DNA from: Longimicrobiales bacterium
GTDB lineage: Bacteria > Gemmatimonadota > Gemmatimonadetes > Longimicrobiales > Gaopeijiaceae
Length of the DNA: 64,000 bases
Direction of reading: 5' to 3'
Assembly (NCBI GenBank): GCA_965219445.1
Contig: CBDCNQ010000001.1
Location: 240,754-304,753 of the forward strand
This document shows, one piece after another, positions 47,303-60,000 of the stretch. Each line of letters opens with the position of its first letter. Within the stretch, counting starts at the first letter, position 1. Below the pieces are notes generated by a model, which was not told where the DNA came from, ran no database searches, and saw only the letters and a program-made list of their open reading frames with translations. A program made the position numbers and the translations under genes.

Positions 47303-48202
47303 TCAGCGAACGGTGTCGATCAAGAGTAGGGCCAAAAGGAGCGGCTGGTAAAGTAGCGACCAGAGAAAGACTCGCCGGGCCCGTATCCGCGACATTTCGG
47401 CCGCTGCGGCCATGGAAAAGCCGAGGGTGATCAGCCCCAACACGAGGGCACCCGCGAGGTAGATTTGCCCGGTGAGCCCCAAGAACGTGGGAAAGCCGCT
47501 GATGATCATCAGTGACACGGAGTGGTATACCATGTGCCTGCCGATTCGCAAGCCCTCAGGGTCGGTCGGGGGGCTCAGGAAGAAGCCCACACGGGCGTAG
47601 TCCTCCCGAAGTAACCAGGCGAGCGCCAGGACGTGGGGGAGCTGCCAAAGGAATGCGATACAGAACAGTATGACGCCGCCGAACTCCACGGTTCCCGTCG
47701 CGGCGCTCCATCCGATGAGAGCAGGAAAGGCTCCGGGTACGGCGCCCACAAGCGTGGCCAGGTAGGACCGGGTCTTGAGGGGCGTGTATGCGAGGATATA
47801 TGCGGCGGCCGAGGCCGCGGTGAGCACCGACGGGAGCCAACCCACCGTGAGCCCGAGGTAGGCCAGCCCCACCACGAGGAGTGCCCAGCCGAACGCCAAT
47901 GCCTCCCCGGGGCGTAACCGACCCGATGGCAGGGGCCGCGTCCGCGTGCGGGTCATGAGAGCGTCAGCGTCTCGTTCGACGTACTGGTTCATGGCTAGTG
48001 CGCCAGCCGTTCCGAGGGCCACACCCAGAAGTGTATGTATGATCGGGAGGACGTCTGGGCGGCCGCTGGACGCCACGTAGTAGCCCACGCCGGCCGTCAT
48101 CATGACGTAGGCTGCGATCCCCGGCTTGGTGAGCTCGTACAACGCGCCGGCCTTGCCTTGGGCCGTCGTGCGATCCGTTTGCGTGTCGACGGCTTCGCCC
48201 AT
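47303..48202 (-). CDS. cyoE: Heme O synthase (protoheme IX farnesyltransferase)
   Basis: LTKP, NQYVERDAD..M.RT..RPLPSG, YTPLK, WQLPH. Confidence 0.95.
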   Translation of the reverse strand: MGEAVDTQTDRTTAQGKAGALYELTKPGIAAYVMMTAGVGYYVASSGRPDVLPIIHTLLGVALGTAGALAMNQYVERDADALMTRTRTRPLPSGRLRPGEALAFGWALLVVGLAYLGLTVGWLPSVLTAASAAAYILAYTPLKTRSYLATLVGAVPGAFPALIGWSAATGTVEFGGVILFCIAFLWQLPHVLALAWLLREDYARVGFFLSPPTDPEGLRIGRHMVYHSVSLMIISGFPTFLGLTGQIYLAGALVLGLITLGFSMAAAAEMSRIRARRVFLWSLLYQPLLLALLLIDTVR

Positions 48203-48225
48203 GGCGCGCTTCGTCGTCCCTCCAG

Positions 48226-49047
48226 CTATCCGATCGAGTCCAGCGTGTCCCTCATGGATCGGGCCAGCCCCGTAAAAGCCGGCACGTCGAAGAGGGTGTA
48301 GGCCGACGCCTCCGTGAGACGAAGAGCCATGAGCAAATCGAGGAAACGCCCCGGATGGTCCGACTCGAATGCGACCACGAACTCCTGGTCGTCCAAGCCG
48401 TACGAGTAGGTCGTGTTGAGCTTCACATCGGGCCACTGGTGCCCGACCCGGATGTGTTCGTCCATCATGCGCTGGCGGTCTTCGTGGGAAAGCTTGTACC
48501 ACTCGCGGATCTTCGCCATCGGGTAGACGAAGAGATACTCGGATCCCTGAGGATTGATGGCGATACGGGCCGAATCGAGCACCTCCTCACTGCCGTACGT
48601 CTCGATGTACTCCGACTCGTAGCGGTTGAGGTAGATCGACCGTTTGGTCATGGCGAAATACGAATGCGCCAGGGAGAGGTATCCGCCGAGGCCGGTCTGG
48701 TTCAACGAGGCGGCGAGCTCATGGAGTTGGCCCAGGTCGTGGGCGGCCTGCCACAGTAGAAAATCAGCATCACCACGAGTCCCGACCAGCGCATAGCTGT
48801 AGATCATCATCTCGCGGAGCCGGGCTGCCACCACCGACTCGAACTCCTCTTTGTGCTTGGTACGTTCCTTTACGGGAAGCCGACGCCATGCGGGGTCCAC
48901 CTTGAAAACGGAGAATCGGACGAACTCCCGCTCCTTCATTTTTTCCTGCTTAGCCTGGATCTGCTCCCAGGCGTCTCCCTCCATGGCCGGTCGCTTGGGG
49001 AGGTTCGGGCGCACACCCCGGGGAACGTTCTGCTTCGTTTCTGTCAT
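48226..49047 (-). CDS. hemQ: Coproheme decarboxylase (HemQ/ChdC; chlorite dismutase family)
   Basis: YPMAK..EWY.L..E.RQRMM.EH..VG, SYGLDDQEFVV; Leu at the position of the Cld distal Arg. Confidence 0.75.
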   Translation of the reverse strand: MTETKQNVPRGVRPNLPKRPAMEGDAWEQIQAKQEKMKEREFVRFSVFKVDPAWRRLPVKERTKHKEEFESVVAARLREMMIYSYALVGTRGDADFLLWQAAHDLGQLHELAASLNQTGLGGYLSLAHSYFAMTKRSIYLNRYESEYIETYGSEEVLDSARIAINPQGSEYLFVYPMAKIREWYKLSHEDRQRMMDEHIRVGHQWPDVKLNTTYSYGLDDQEFVVAFESDHPGRFLDLLMALRLTEASAYTLFDVPAFTGLARSMRDTLDSIG

Positions 49048-49242
49048 GGCTCGGCTCGTAGGTTGGTGGCTCCGGGCGCGTTCCCGGGGAGCCTCGAAAG
49101 TGCCGAAACCAGAGAACCGGAGCAAGGCGGCTCGGATTGGAGTGCTGGAGACGAAACATGCACGGGCACGATACAGTAGTATGACGGGGACGATCGATAA
49201 CTTTCCGGGAGACGAACGATCTCAAGGTCCACCACCCTACCC

Positions 49243-49905
49243 ATGCACGGCTTGAGCAACGCCGAGCGTCGCCTCGCTGAGCGAGCGCTTTGGAGGAATG
49301 CATTTCTCGGAGCTGTGGTCGTGCATCTCCTCGCCTTCTTTCTGTGGTGGGGCCGACCTATACCAGGGTCGTCGCTCGCGGCCGCCGGACCACGGGCCGG
49401 GGATAATCGGGCGGTGTCGGGGGGCTTGCAGGCAATGAACATCCGGATTCCTCCGTCACGGCCCCTCATCCGGCCTCAGGTGCCGCTACTGACACTCGAC
49501 CCCTTCATTCCGTCGGAATTGGAGGAGGATCAGCAGCAGCAGGTCGAGACGTCGTCCATCCTGGGCGACCGTCCGGGTGTTGACGGCCCGGGCTTACCCC
49601 AAGGGGATGGGCGCGGTGACGGCGGGACGGCCGAGGAGGGTCGGTTCCGCGAGGTACCGCCCTCTCCGCGCGGCATCATCATACCACCGTCCAACCGGAA
49701 CGTCCGAGGACAGCGCATCGAAGTGTGGGTTTTCGTGAACGAGCAAGGACGGGTGGTGGCGGACTCGACTCAACTCCGTCCGCCGACGTCCGACGGGGAC
49801 TTCAACGCCCGCATCGTACGGGAGGCGGCGGAGTGGGTGTTCGAGCCGGCCAAGAGGGGAGGACGAGCCGTGGGCTCCTGGTTCCCCTATACGATCAGCA
49901 TGTAG
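49243..49905 (+). CDS. TonB-like protein (TM anchor, Pro/Gly linker, TonB C-terminal-like domain)
   Basis: AVVVH TM, V.V.VNEQG.V, W.FEPA.RGG.AV..W. Confidence 0.7.
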   Translation: MHGLSNAERRLAERALWRNAFLGAVVVHLLAFFLWWGRPIPGSSLAAAGPRAGDNRAVSGGLQAMNIRIPPSRPLIRPQVPLLTLDPFIPSELEEDQQQQVETSSILGDRPGVDGPGLPQGDGRGDGGTAEEGRFREVPPSPRGIIIPPSNRNVRGQRIEVWVFVNEQGRVVADSTQLRPPTSDGDFNARIVREAAEWVFEPAKRGGRAVGSWFPYTISM

Positions 49906-49912
49906 GTGGGTG

Positions 49913-50003
49913 GAAGAGGGTCGTACGGTCCCTCTCCGGTCAGCACTTCGCTCCACCGCCTCCGGCGGCGGACTGCCCTGCGACGAACCGTACGACCCTC
50001 TTC
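49913..50003. repeat. 91-bp element with perfect 17-bp terminal inverted repeats (REPIN/MITE-like)
   Basis: GAAGAGGGTCGTACGGT / ACCGTACGACCCTCTTC; internal CCGCCTCCGGCGG hairpin. Confidence 0.65.
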
Positions 50004-50104
50004 ATGGGGGCGTGTTGCAAGGGCACCAATGAACGAACCCCCCCCGGGATACCCGGCGAACGCCACCTTGCCGCCCCACACGCTCTAGTCGCATGTTGTG
50101 CTCC

Positions 50105-52762
<2,658 letters not shown>

Positions 52763-53024
52763 CGGACCAGTTCCCCAGTTGCCCCCCCGTCGAGGTCGAG
52801 GGTGCGGGGGCTCCTGACCGACCGTCTGGTAGGGGCCGGTGGAGCGGGGGGGACGCGGGGGCCCCGGACAGCAGAGAGGGAAGGAGCCCCGCGCCCTACG
52901 ACCGAAGAGTCGAAGCCGACGGCCCATCGAACCATCCCCCGTCCAGGGGGTAAATCCGAGTCACCGCGCGCCTTGTTTCTCGCTCTAGGTCTCCTCCCTC
53001 TTGGATCAGCATGTAGCGTCGCCC

Positions 53025-54605
53025 ATGAAGCCGTCGGGAAAACGAATTCTTTGGGTCGACGACGAGATCGACCTTCTCAAGCCGCATATTCTTTTTCTGC
53101 AGGCGCGTGGGTATCACACGGACGCGATCACGAATGGGGACGACGCCCTCGTCATGATGCGTGAGAACGCCTACGATCTCGTTCTTTTGGACGAACAGAT
53201 GCCTGGGCGGAGTGGCCTCGAGGTCCTGGAAGTCATGCGCCGCGAAGACCCTCATGTCCGCGTCGTAATGGTGACCAAGTCGGCCGAAGATCAGACCATG
53301 ACGGATGCGATCGGACGGCGGGTTGCCGACTATCTGGTGAAGCCCACGAGCCCCCGCCAGGTTCTTTCAGTCGTCACCCGCATTCTGGAAGGGTCATCGA
53401 TCCGCCAGCAGCGTGCGGCGCAGGATTTCGCGGCTCGCTTCGGACGGCTCTCGCTCAAGCGAGAGGAGGCACGCACACCTGAGGATTTCGCGGAGCTTTA
53501 CATCGAGCTGACGGGCTGGCACGTGAGCCTCGAAGAAGCCGGGGAGCGGGGCCTCCTCGATACCGTGCAGTCGCTCATGACCGACCTCCGCTCGGACTTC
53601 GGCCGTTGGGTCGGACGGGAATATCCACGATGGTTGCGGGGTGAAGGGGACGTCCCCCTCCTCTCGGTGGACGTCGTACGGGAGCACGTCCTCCCACTCC
53701 TCGGGCCCTCCGCCGTTTTCCTGATCGTGTTGGACTGTATGCGCTTGGACCAATGGCGCGTGATCAGGCCACTCCTGGCTCCGTTCTTCGAGATCGAGGA
53801 ATCGTATCACTACTCGATCCTTCCCACGGCGACACCGTACGCGAGGAACGCGATCTTCAGTGGCCAGTATCCGGATGAGATCTCTCTGGAGCACCCCGGA
53901 TGGTGGGAGAAATCGGAAGACGAGGGCAGCCTCAACGCGTTCGAGGATGAGCTCCTTATCAACCAGCTGAAACGGCTCAGCGGGGAAGACATTCCGGTAC
54001 ACTACGAGAAGATCTTCACCGACAGGGACGAAGATCAGGTGCGCGGCCGAGTCCGTTCGGCCCTCAAGACGCCCCACTCCGTTATCGCCATGGTGTTCAA
54101 CTTCGTTGATCTCATGACGCACGGGCGAAGCGAGTCGCCCATTCTCATGGAGGTGGCCAAGGACGAGGCCGCGCTTCGGGGGCTGACCCGAGCGTGGTTT
54201 AAGCGCTCGACGGCGTTTTCCGTTCTCAAGGAGGCTGCCGCCGCCGGTCATCGAGTGATCATGACCACGGATCACGGCTCGATTCTCTGCCAAAGACCAG
54301 CGACCGTCTTCGCACGGAGGGACGCAACCAGTAACCTCCGGTACAAGTATGGCCAGGATCTCAGAACGGAGAAGCCCGAAGCGGCATTTTCCACCAATCG
54401 GGCCGAGGACCTCCGGATTCCCGTCGGAAAGCTCGGCGTTACGTATGCATTGGCCGTCGACGACTACTTCTTCGTGTATCCGACCAAGTTGAGGGAATAC
54501 CAGCGCCGGTACCGTAACTCGTTCCTGCACGGGGGCATCTCGCCAGAGGAGATGATCGTCCCGATCGCGCGCCTCACACCGCGTCTTCGTGGCGCCGCAC
54601 GCTGA
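53025..54605 (+). CDS. porX: PorX-like response regulator (receiver plus PglZ/alkaline-phosphatase domain)
   Basis: WVDDEID.LKPH, LLDEQMPG, TKS, D.MRLDQW, TATPYARNAIFSG, TTDHG, HGGIS.EEM. Confidence 0.85.
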   Translation: MKPSGKRILWVDDEIDLLKPHILFLQARGYHTDAITNGDDALVMMRENAYDLVLLDEQMPGRSGLEVLEVMRREDPHVRVVMVTKSAEDQTMTDAIGRRVADYLVKPTSPRQVLSVVTRILEGSSIRQQRAAQDFAARFGRLSLKREEARTPEDFAELYIELTGWHVSLEEAGERGLLDTVQSLMTDLRSDFGRWVGREYPRWLRGEGDVPLLSVDVVREHVLPLLGPSAVFLIVLDCMRLDQWRVIRPLLAPFFEIEESYHYSILPTATPYARNAIFSGQYPDEISLEHPGWWEKSEDEGSLNAFEDELLINQLKRLSGEDIPVHYEKIFTDRDEDQVRGRVRSALKTPHSVIAMVFNFVDLMTHGRSESPILMEVAKDEAALRGLTRAWFKRSTAFSVLKEAAAAGHRVIMTTDHGSILCQRPATVFARRDATSNLRYKYGQDLRTEKPEAAFSTNRAEDLRIPVGKLGVTYALAVDDYFFVYPTKLREYQRRYRNSFLHGGISPEEMIVPIARLTPRLRGAAR

Positions 54606-54614
54606 CCGGCCGGC

Positions 54615-55831
54615 GTGTCGCTCTACACTCGAATCCTCTCGTACCTACGCCCCCACCTCGCCGCGCTCGCGGCGGCGGGTGCGGCGACGTTCGCCTTCGC
54701 GGCCCTCGACGCATCGGCATACGTCCTGCTCATTCCCTTCGTGGATGCGCTCTTCGCGGGTGGGCCCACCGGGGGGGGGGTGATGCCGATCTGATGTCCA
54801 GGCTCCTGGACACGACAGTGTACCGGGTCGTGAACCCCCAGGGTGATGCACTCCGAGCGGTCCAGGGAATCATCGTTCTCATCTTGGTTGTGTTTCTCCT
54901 CAAAAACGTGTTCGATTTCGCCCGAACCTATCTGGTGGCGTGGGTGGAGCAATCCGTGATCAGGGACTTGCGGAACGAGGTCTACGACCACGTCCTACGG
55001 CTCGACCTTTCCTTCTTCGGCCGAACACGCGTGGGACAGATCACCTCTCGGCTCACCCACGACGTGGAACAGCTTCGTCGTCTGCTCACGACGGAGTTGG
55101 CGAGGCTTCTATCGTCCGGTTTCTCGTTCGCCGTGGCTGTGGCTTTCATGCTGCTGCTCTCATGGAAGCTCACGCTCGCGGCCTTCGTGGTGATTCCCGG
55201 CACGATGGGGGTCTGGGGTCCGTTGGTGCGGCGCCTCCGCCGAGGCGACCGGCGCGTCCTGGATCTGGCGGGAGACGTGAGCGCTCACATCCAGGAGACT
55301 CTGTCGGGAATTCGGGTGGTCAAGTCCTCCTCCGCGGAGGACTTGGAGCGTGAGCGCTTCCGCTCTATCACGGGCGACTATCGCAGGACATTCTTGAAAG
55401 CGGAACGGTTACGGGCACTCGTGGGCCCCCTCACCGAGACGCTCGCGACAATTGGGACAGTCGTCATTCTGTGGTACGGTGCGCGCCTGGTCGTGTCGGA
55501 TGGAGCGTTGAGCGGAGCCCACTTCGTCGGGTTCGTTGCCCTCAGTCTCAAGCTCTACGCGCCCGTGAAATACTGTGCGAAGTTCCCCGCTCTGGTGCAG
55601 CCCGGGGTCGCGGGCGCCGAGCGCGTATTTGAATTCCTGGACACCCCCGTCGAGATCGAGGATGGACCGGGGGCAAGAGTCCTGAGAGACCCGAGAGGCG
55701 TGATCACGTTCGAAAACGTCACCTTCGCCTACAAGCCCGGAGAAACCGTACTGCAAGACGTCACGATGAAAATTCCCGCTGGAGGTGTCGTCGCCCTGGT
55801 CGGACCGAGCGGCGCCGGGAAGGCAGAGTAG
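54615..55831 (+). pseudogene. MsbA-like ABC exporter, frameshifted at a G10 tract and truncated at Walker A
   Basis: GTG 54615 frame (SLYTRILSYLRPH) stops at 54794; the downstream frame has the TM domain and VGPSGAGK, then AE*. Confidence 0.8.
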
Positions 55832-56205
55832 CGGTGGCGTGAATCGCGGCAAGAATCATGATGGATCTTATAAGTTACTGTGGTACCACGATATACATAT
55901 GCTATCTCTTTGGTTGTCCCCTTTTCATACCCATTTTTAGGAACTGGATTCCAAACGACCCTAGCGGACCTTGGCGGACACGTCGGCCACCCGATTGCCA
56001 TCTTTGACTACCTACCCAACCTCACTGAGCGCCATGTCACCCCCATTGGCGTCGGCTGTCGGGCGACTCCGCTTCAGCCGATGTCGAATGCAAATTGGCG
56101 AGCTGCCGAGGGGATGGTGAAGGAGCGAAGCGTGCCGGAGGGTGGATTGTCGATGGCCCCTGTCCTCTCTGATTGCGGACTACAATAGATGGTTAGTGTT
56201 TCAGA

Positions 56206-56433
56206 TCACTCCGCGTTGCCACGGCTCGCGGCGATCTGTTCTCGGATCCACGCATCCACTTCGGACTCGATCCAGCCGACGGCGCGCGCGCCTAGCCGGA
56301 TCGGTTGGGGAAAGCTCCCGTCGGCCACCCGCACGTAGATCGTGCTCCGCGCCAGCCCGGTGCGGGCCTGCACTCGAGGTAACCGCAGGACGCGCGCGGG
56401 CGCGTCCATGCCCTGTTCCATTGCTCTGGTCAT
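56206..56433 (-). CDS. alpA: AlpA-family phage regulator / recombination directionality factor
   Basis: LRLP.V.ARTGL.RSTIY......FP.PI.LG.RAVGW.ESEV..WI; GGAGG RBS. Confidence 0.92.
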   Translation of the reverse strand: MTRAMEQGMDAPARVLRLPRVQARTGLARSTIYVRVADGSFPQPIRLGARAVGWIESEVDAWIREQIAASRGNAE

Positions 56434-56698
56434 CGGTCTGCCTCCGTTCTGTTCGGTGAAGAATTCCGGGGCGCGTTGCCCCGGGGGAGGGAACAGGGGC
56501 CACATGGGCCTGGCGGCAGGCTTCGATGAACACGGGGACCTGGCAGGCCATCGCCAGCCTCGGTGATCGGCCAGGACGGAGCTGACGCACCGGGTTGAGA
56601 TAGCCCACCGCCTGCAGGTCGAACGTCGACGGCTTCAGGCCCGTGCGCTCGAGGGATGCATCCACTCGCGATTCGAAGTGCTTCGTCAGCGTCTCCAT
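56430..56698 (-). pseudogene. Small Cro/XRE-like HTH gene, apparently decayed
   Basis: METLTKHFESRVDASLERTGLKPSTF..AVG..N.VRQLR.GRSPRL; its frame runs through alpA while another frame ends with an ATGA overlap at 56430. Confidence 0.45.
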
Positions 56699-57041
56699 GG
56701 CAGTTGGGGTCGAGATCCGGCATGTGAGGACCCGTTCATGCACTGCGGCGCGTGGCCGAGCGCGACCGGATGCCGCCTCGGAGGGTGGTGCTAAGTGAGT
56801 CGAGGGCCGGCCGACGGATCGCGGCGAAGGGCTGCACCGTGCGGTGCATTGACATCGATGCCGGCAGGGCGGCCAGTGCGGGCGGCCGCGACTAGAAGCT
56901 GACACCACAGGGGAGCCATGAGATGTGTCGAGCGCAGGATCGAACCGGGCCTGCGGCCGGCCGCGCGACAAAGCCGCGCTGGCCCACCGTGTGCGGGACG
57001 GCCATCGCCCGGAGTACGACGCTCGCAAGGACACCCGGCGC

Positions 57042-60000
57042 CTACCAGCCCACTGTGAGTCGGCCCACCAGGCTGTGGTCCGGCTTGTCCTGAAGCAGAC
57101 TTTCGCGGCGCTGGGCGTCGAGGCCGAACTGGAAGCTCATGGCGCCACCCTGCACGACAGCCAGGCTGTAGCCCAGCCGGTAGTCGCGCCCGTACTCGGA
57201 AGTCGTGACGCCGAACCTCGGGGTCCCCACCAGCCGACTCCCGACCGGCAGCGCATAGCCGAGCTCGGCGTCGATGCGGTCGCCCGATCCCGGGCCTGCC
57301 GCCCCGAGCCCCTCCATCGTATCGCGGCCCCAGAGTGCGTCGGCACCGCTCATCGCCTGACCGCCCCACGAGGGCGCGACCCGCGCCGTCAGCCCCAGCG
57401 GCGTCTGTGGCGTCGGGTCGTAGCTGAACGACACCGACACGCCCCGTTCCCTGAACCCTTCGTCCTGATGCACGAGCAGCGTCCGCACCCGCACGTCGAC
57501 CGACAGCCCCGTGAGAGGATCCGATGCGATCAGGCTCGCGGCGACGTCCGCGCCCGCGCCCGTCTCCGCGTCCCCGCCGTCGCGCCTGAGCCCGACCTCG
57601 AAGCTCGGCTGCAGCGCGATGCCGTGTCCGAAGACGTAGCCCCTCGAGGCCTCGAGTGCTGTCCGCACACGCGTCACCACCGCCTCGGTCCCAGCCAGTC
57701 GGCCTGCCGGATCGTCCACGGCCTCGCTGCCCGTGCCGACCCACAGCGCGTCCGCCTTGAACGCCAGCCCGAAGCCACCGATACCGGCATCCACCAGATC
57801 GCCCCTCACGCCCCCGGCGAGCATCGACATCGAGAGCCCGCCCTCGAGAGCAACGGGAGCCGCGAGAGACGTTGGGAGAGACAGTGCCTCACCCGGCGTC
57901 AAGCTCAGCGAGCCCCTCCCGTATCCGGTCACGCCCCAGAGCGTGACCCGCTCCGTCAGCTGGTAACCCACCCACGGGTGGAGCCCCGTGACCGACGAGG
58001 CCACCTGGCCGATATCGGCTCCCTGGTAGCCGCCCAGGCCCCGCCGGTGCGAGAGCATCAGCCCGGCCATCAGCGGCCCCTTCGCGTAGTCGGCGCCGAA
58101 CATCGTCGTGCGGACCCCGCCGTCGAGCGACAGCTCGCCGTCCCGGCCACTGAACCGCGACTCCATCCCGCGGCTCCAGAGCGACACGCTCGCGCCCCCG
58201 CCCGTCTCGCGGTTCAACACGAACCCCGAGCCCATCAGCACGTCCCCGCCTCCGAGACCCGTCCGCAAGAGTTCGGTGGGGCTCAGATCGGACTGGCCGC
58301 CCATCGTATCCCGAGCGCCCGCGCCCGCCGTGGACTCGAGCCGGCTCAGGAAGTTCCGGCCCATATCACGCTCCATCCCACGCCTGAGCTCACGCCCCGC
58401 AAACCGGCCCCGGAAACCCGGGTCCCTGGATGCCTCCAGCCGCTCCTCCACCTGCTCCATCACGTGAAGCGCCGTCGCCCGCCCGAACCGCGCCAGGAGA
58501 GCGCGCGGGAGCGGATCGGTGTTCTCGATCGTCCCCGTCGCTTCCGCGTCGGCCAGCCGGCCCTCCGACGGATTCGAGAGCCGGAGCGTCATCGTCTCCT
58601 CGCCCTCGTCGTGCGAGTCGTCGAGCACCGCGACCTCGACCGTCTTCGACGACTCGCCCGCCCGGAACGTCAGCGTCCCGTTCGCCGCCGTGTAGTCCAC
58701 GCCCACCTGAGCCGTGCCGTCCGACGTGGCGTAGTCGACCGTCACCGCCCCGCCCGCCGCCCGCTCGAGCGTTACCGCGAACTCCAGCACGGCGCCCGCG
58801 CCTTCCTCCACCCGCGCATCCGCCACGGAGATGCCCACCGGGCCGGCCACCGTCGCCGACGGGCTGTTGGTCAACTGCCGCCGGTTCTCGCCCTTGGTGC
58901 AGATCGCACCGGACGTCGCGCACTCGCGCCCCGCCGCCAGCGTGATCGTCACGTCCCCGTCCGAGTCCGGCCTCACCGTCATCTTGAACAGGTCGCGGCG
59001 GCCGTCCACGCGCGAGCCGCCCGTGACCCGCCCGCCGGTCACCGTGAACGCATCCTCGCGCAGCGCCCGGAAACTGATCCCGATGTCCTCGCTGAACGCC
59101 ACGCGGAAGTGGAACGCGCTCTCGCCGTCATGCGCCTCCGGCACGCCCACGAACGCCGCCGTCAGCTCCGCCGGCCCCGTCGTCTCGCTGTTCCGGATCG
59201 TGCCCACCGCCTCGTTGTCCGCGAGCCCCGCGCCCGAGGCGTTGCTCAGCATCAGCGTGAACGTCTCCCCGTCGTCCTCCACGTCGTCGTCCGCGATCGG
59301 CACCGACACCGTCTTCTCGTCCTCGCCCGGCTCGAACGTCAACGTGCCACTCGTCTCCGTGTAGTCGGAACCCGCCGTCGCCATCCCGTCACGCGTCCCG
59401 TAGTCGACCGTCACATCCGAGCCCGGATTCCCGTCCAGCCGCACCAGGAAGTCGAGCGTCGCGTCCTCGCCCTCGGTCGCCTCCGCGTCCGCCACCGACA
59501 GCGCCGCACTCCGCGTGGTTCCGCCCCGGGCGGTCACCGTTTTCGTCGCCGAGCCCCGGCTCGGGTGTACCTCGTACAGGTATCCGTGCGGATGGAAATA
59601 AGCCTGCTTCACCTCGGCGGTGACTCTGCTGTCCGGCTCGGACGCGTCGCCGTCGTCAACGGTTTCCACGACCACCGGTATCGTCGCGTTCCCGTCCCCG
59701 AAACGGACGATCTTGGAGAACCAATTGCGTCCTCGCCGGTCCGGCTGGAGCATGTTGCCGGTCTCGCTGAACCGTACCGCGACGTCCAGCGTGCCGTGGG
59801 GCTTGTCGCGCGACAGCGTGAAGCGCAGCGGGTCTCCTTCGGTCACCGTGCCCGATGGCCGGGCGATCGAGATCGTTTGCGGACCGGTCGCCGTCGCCAG
59901 GGCCGAGACAGCCGCGCTGTAGGTGTCGTCCTTGTCCACCGAGCGCACCTGGAACTCGTAGGTCGTCTCCGCGTCCAGATCCTCCACAAGGACTGAGTTG

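Noticed and set aside
48226..49047. Functional chlorite dismutase
   Set aside because: The distal Arg position is Leu and the context is heme biosynthesis.
53025..54605. BREX defence system
   Set aside because: PglZ is fused to a receiver domain and no other brx/pgl genes are nearby.
56925..59996. 1023-aa plus-strand ORF
   Set aside because: Antisense shadow of the GC-rich autotransporter; Arg/Pro-rich with no motifs.
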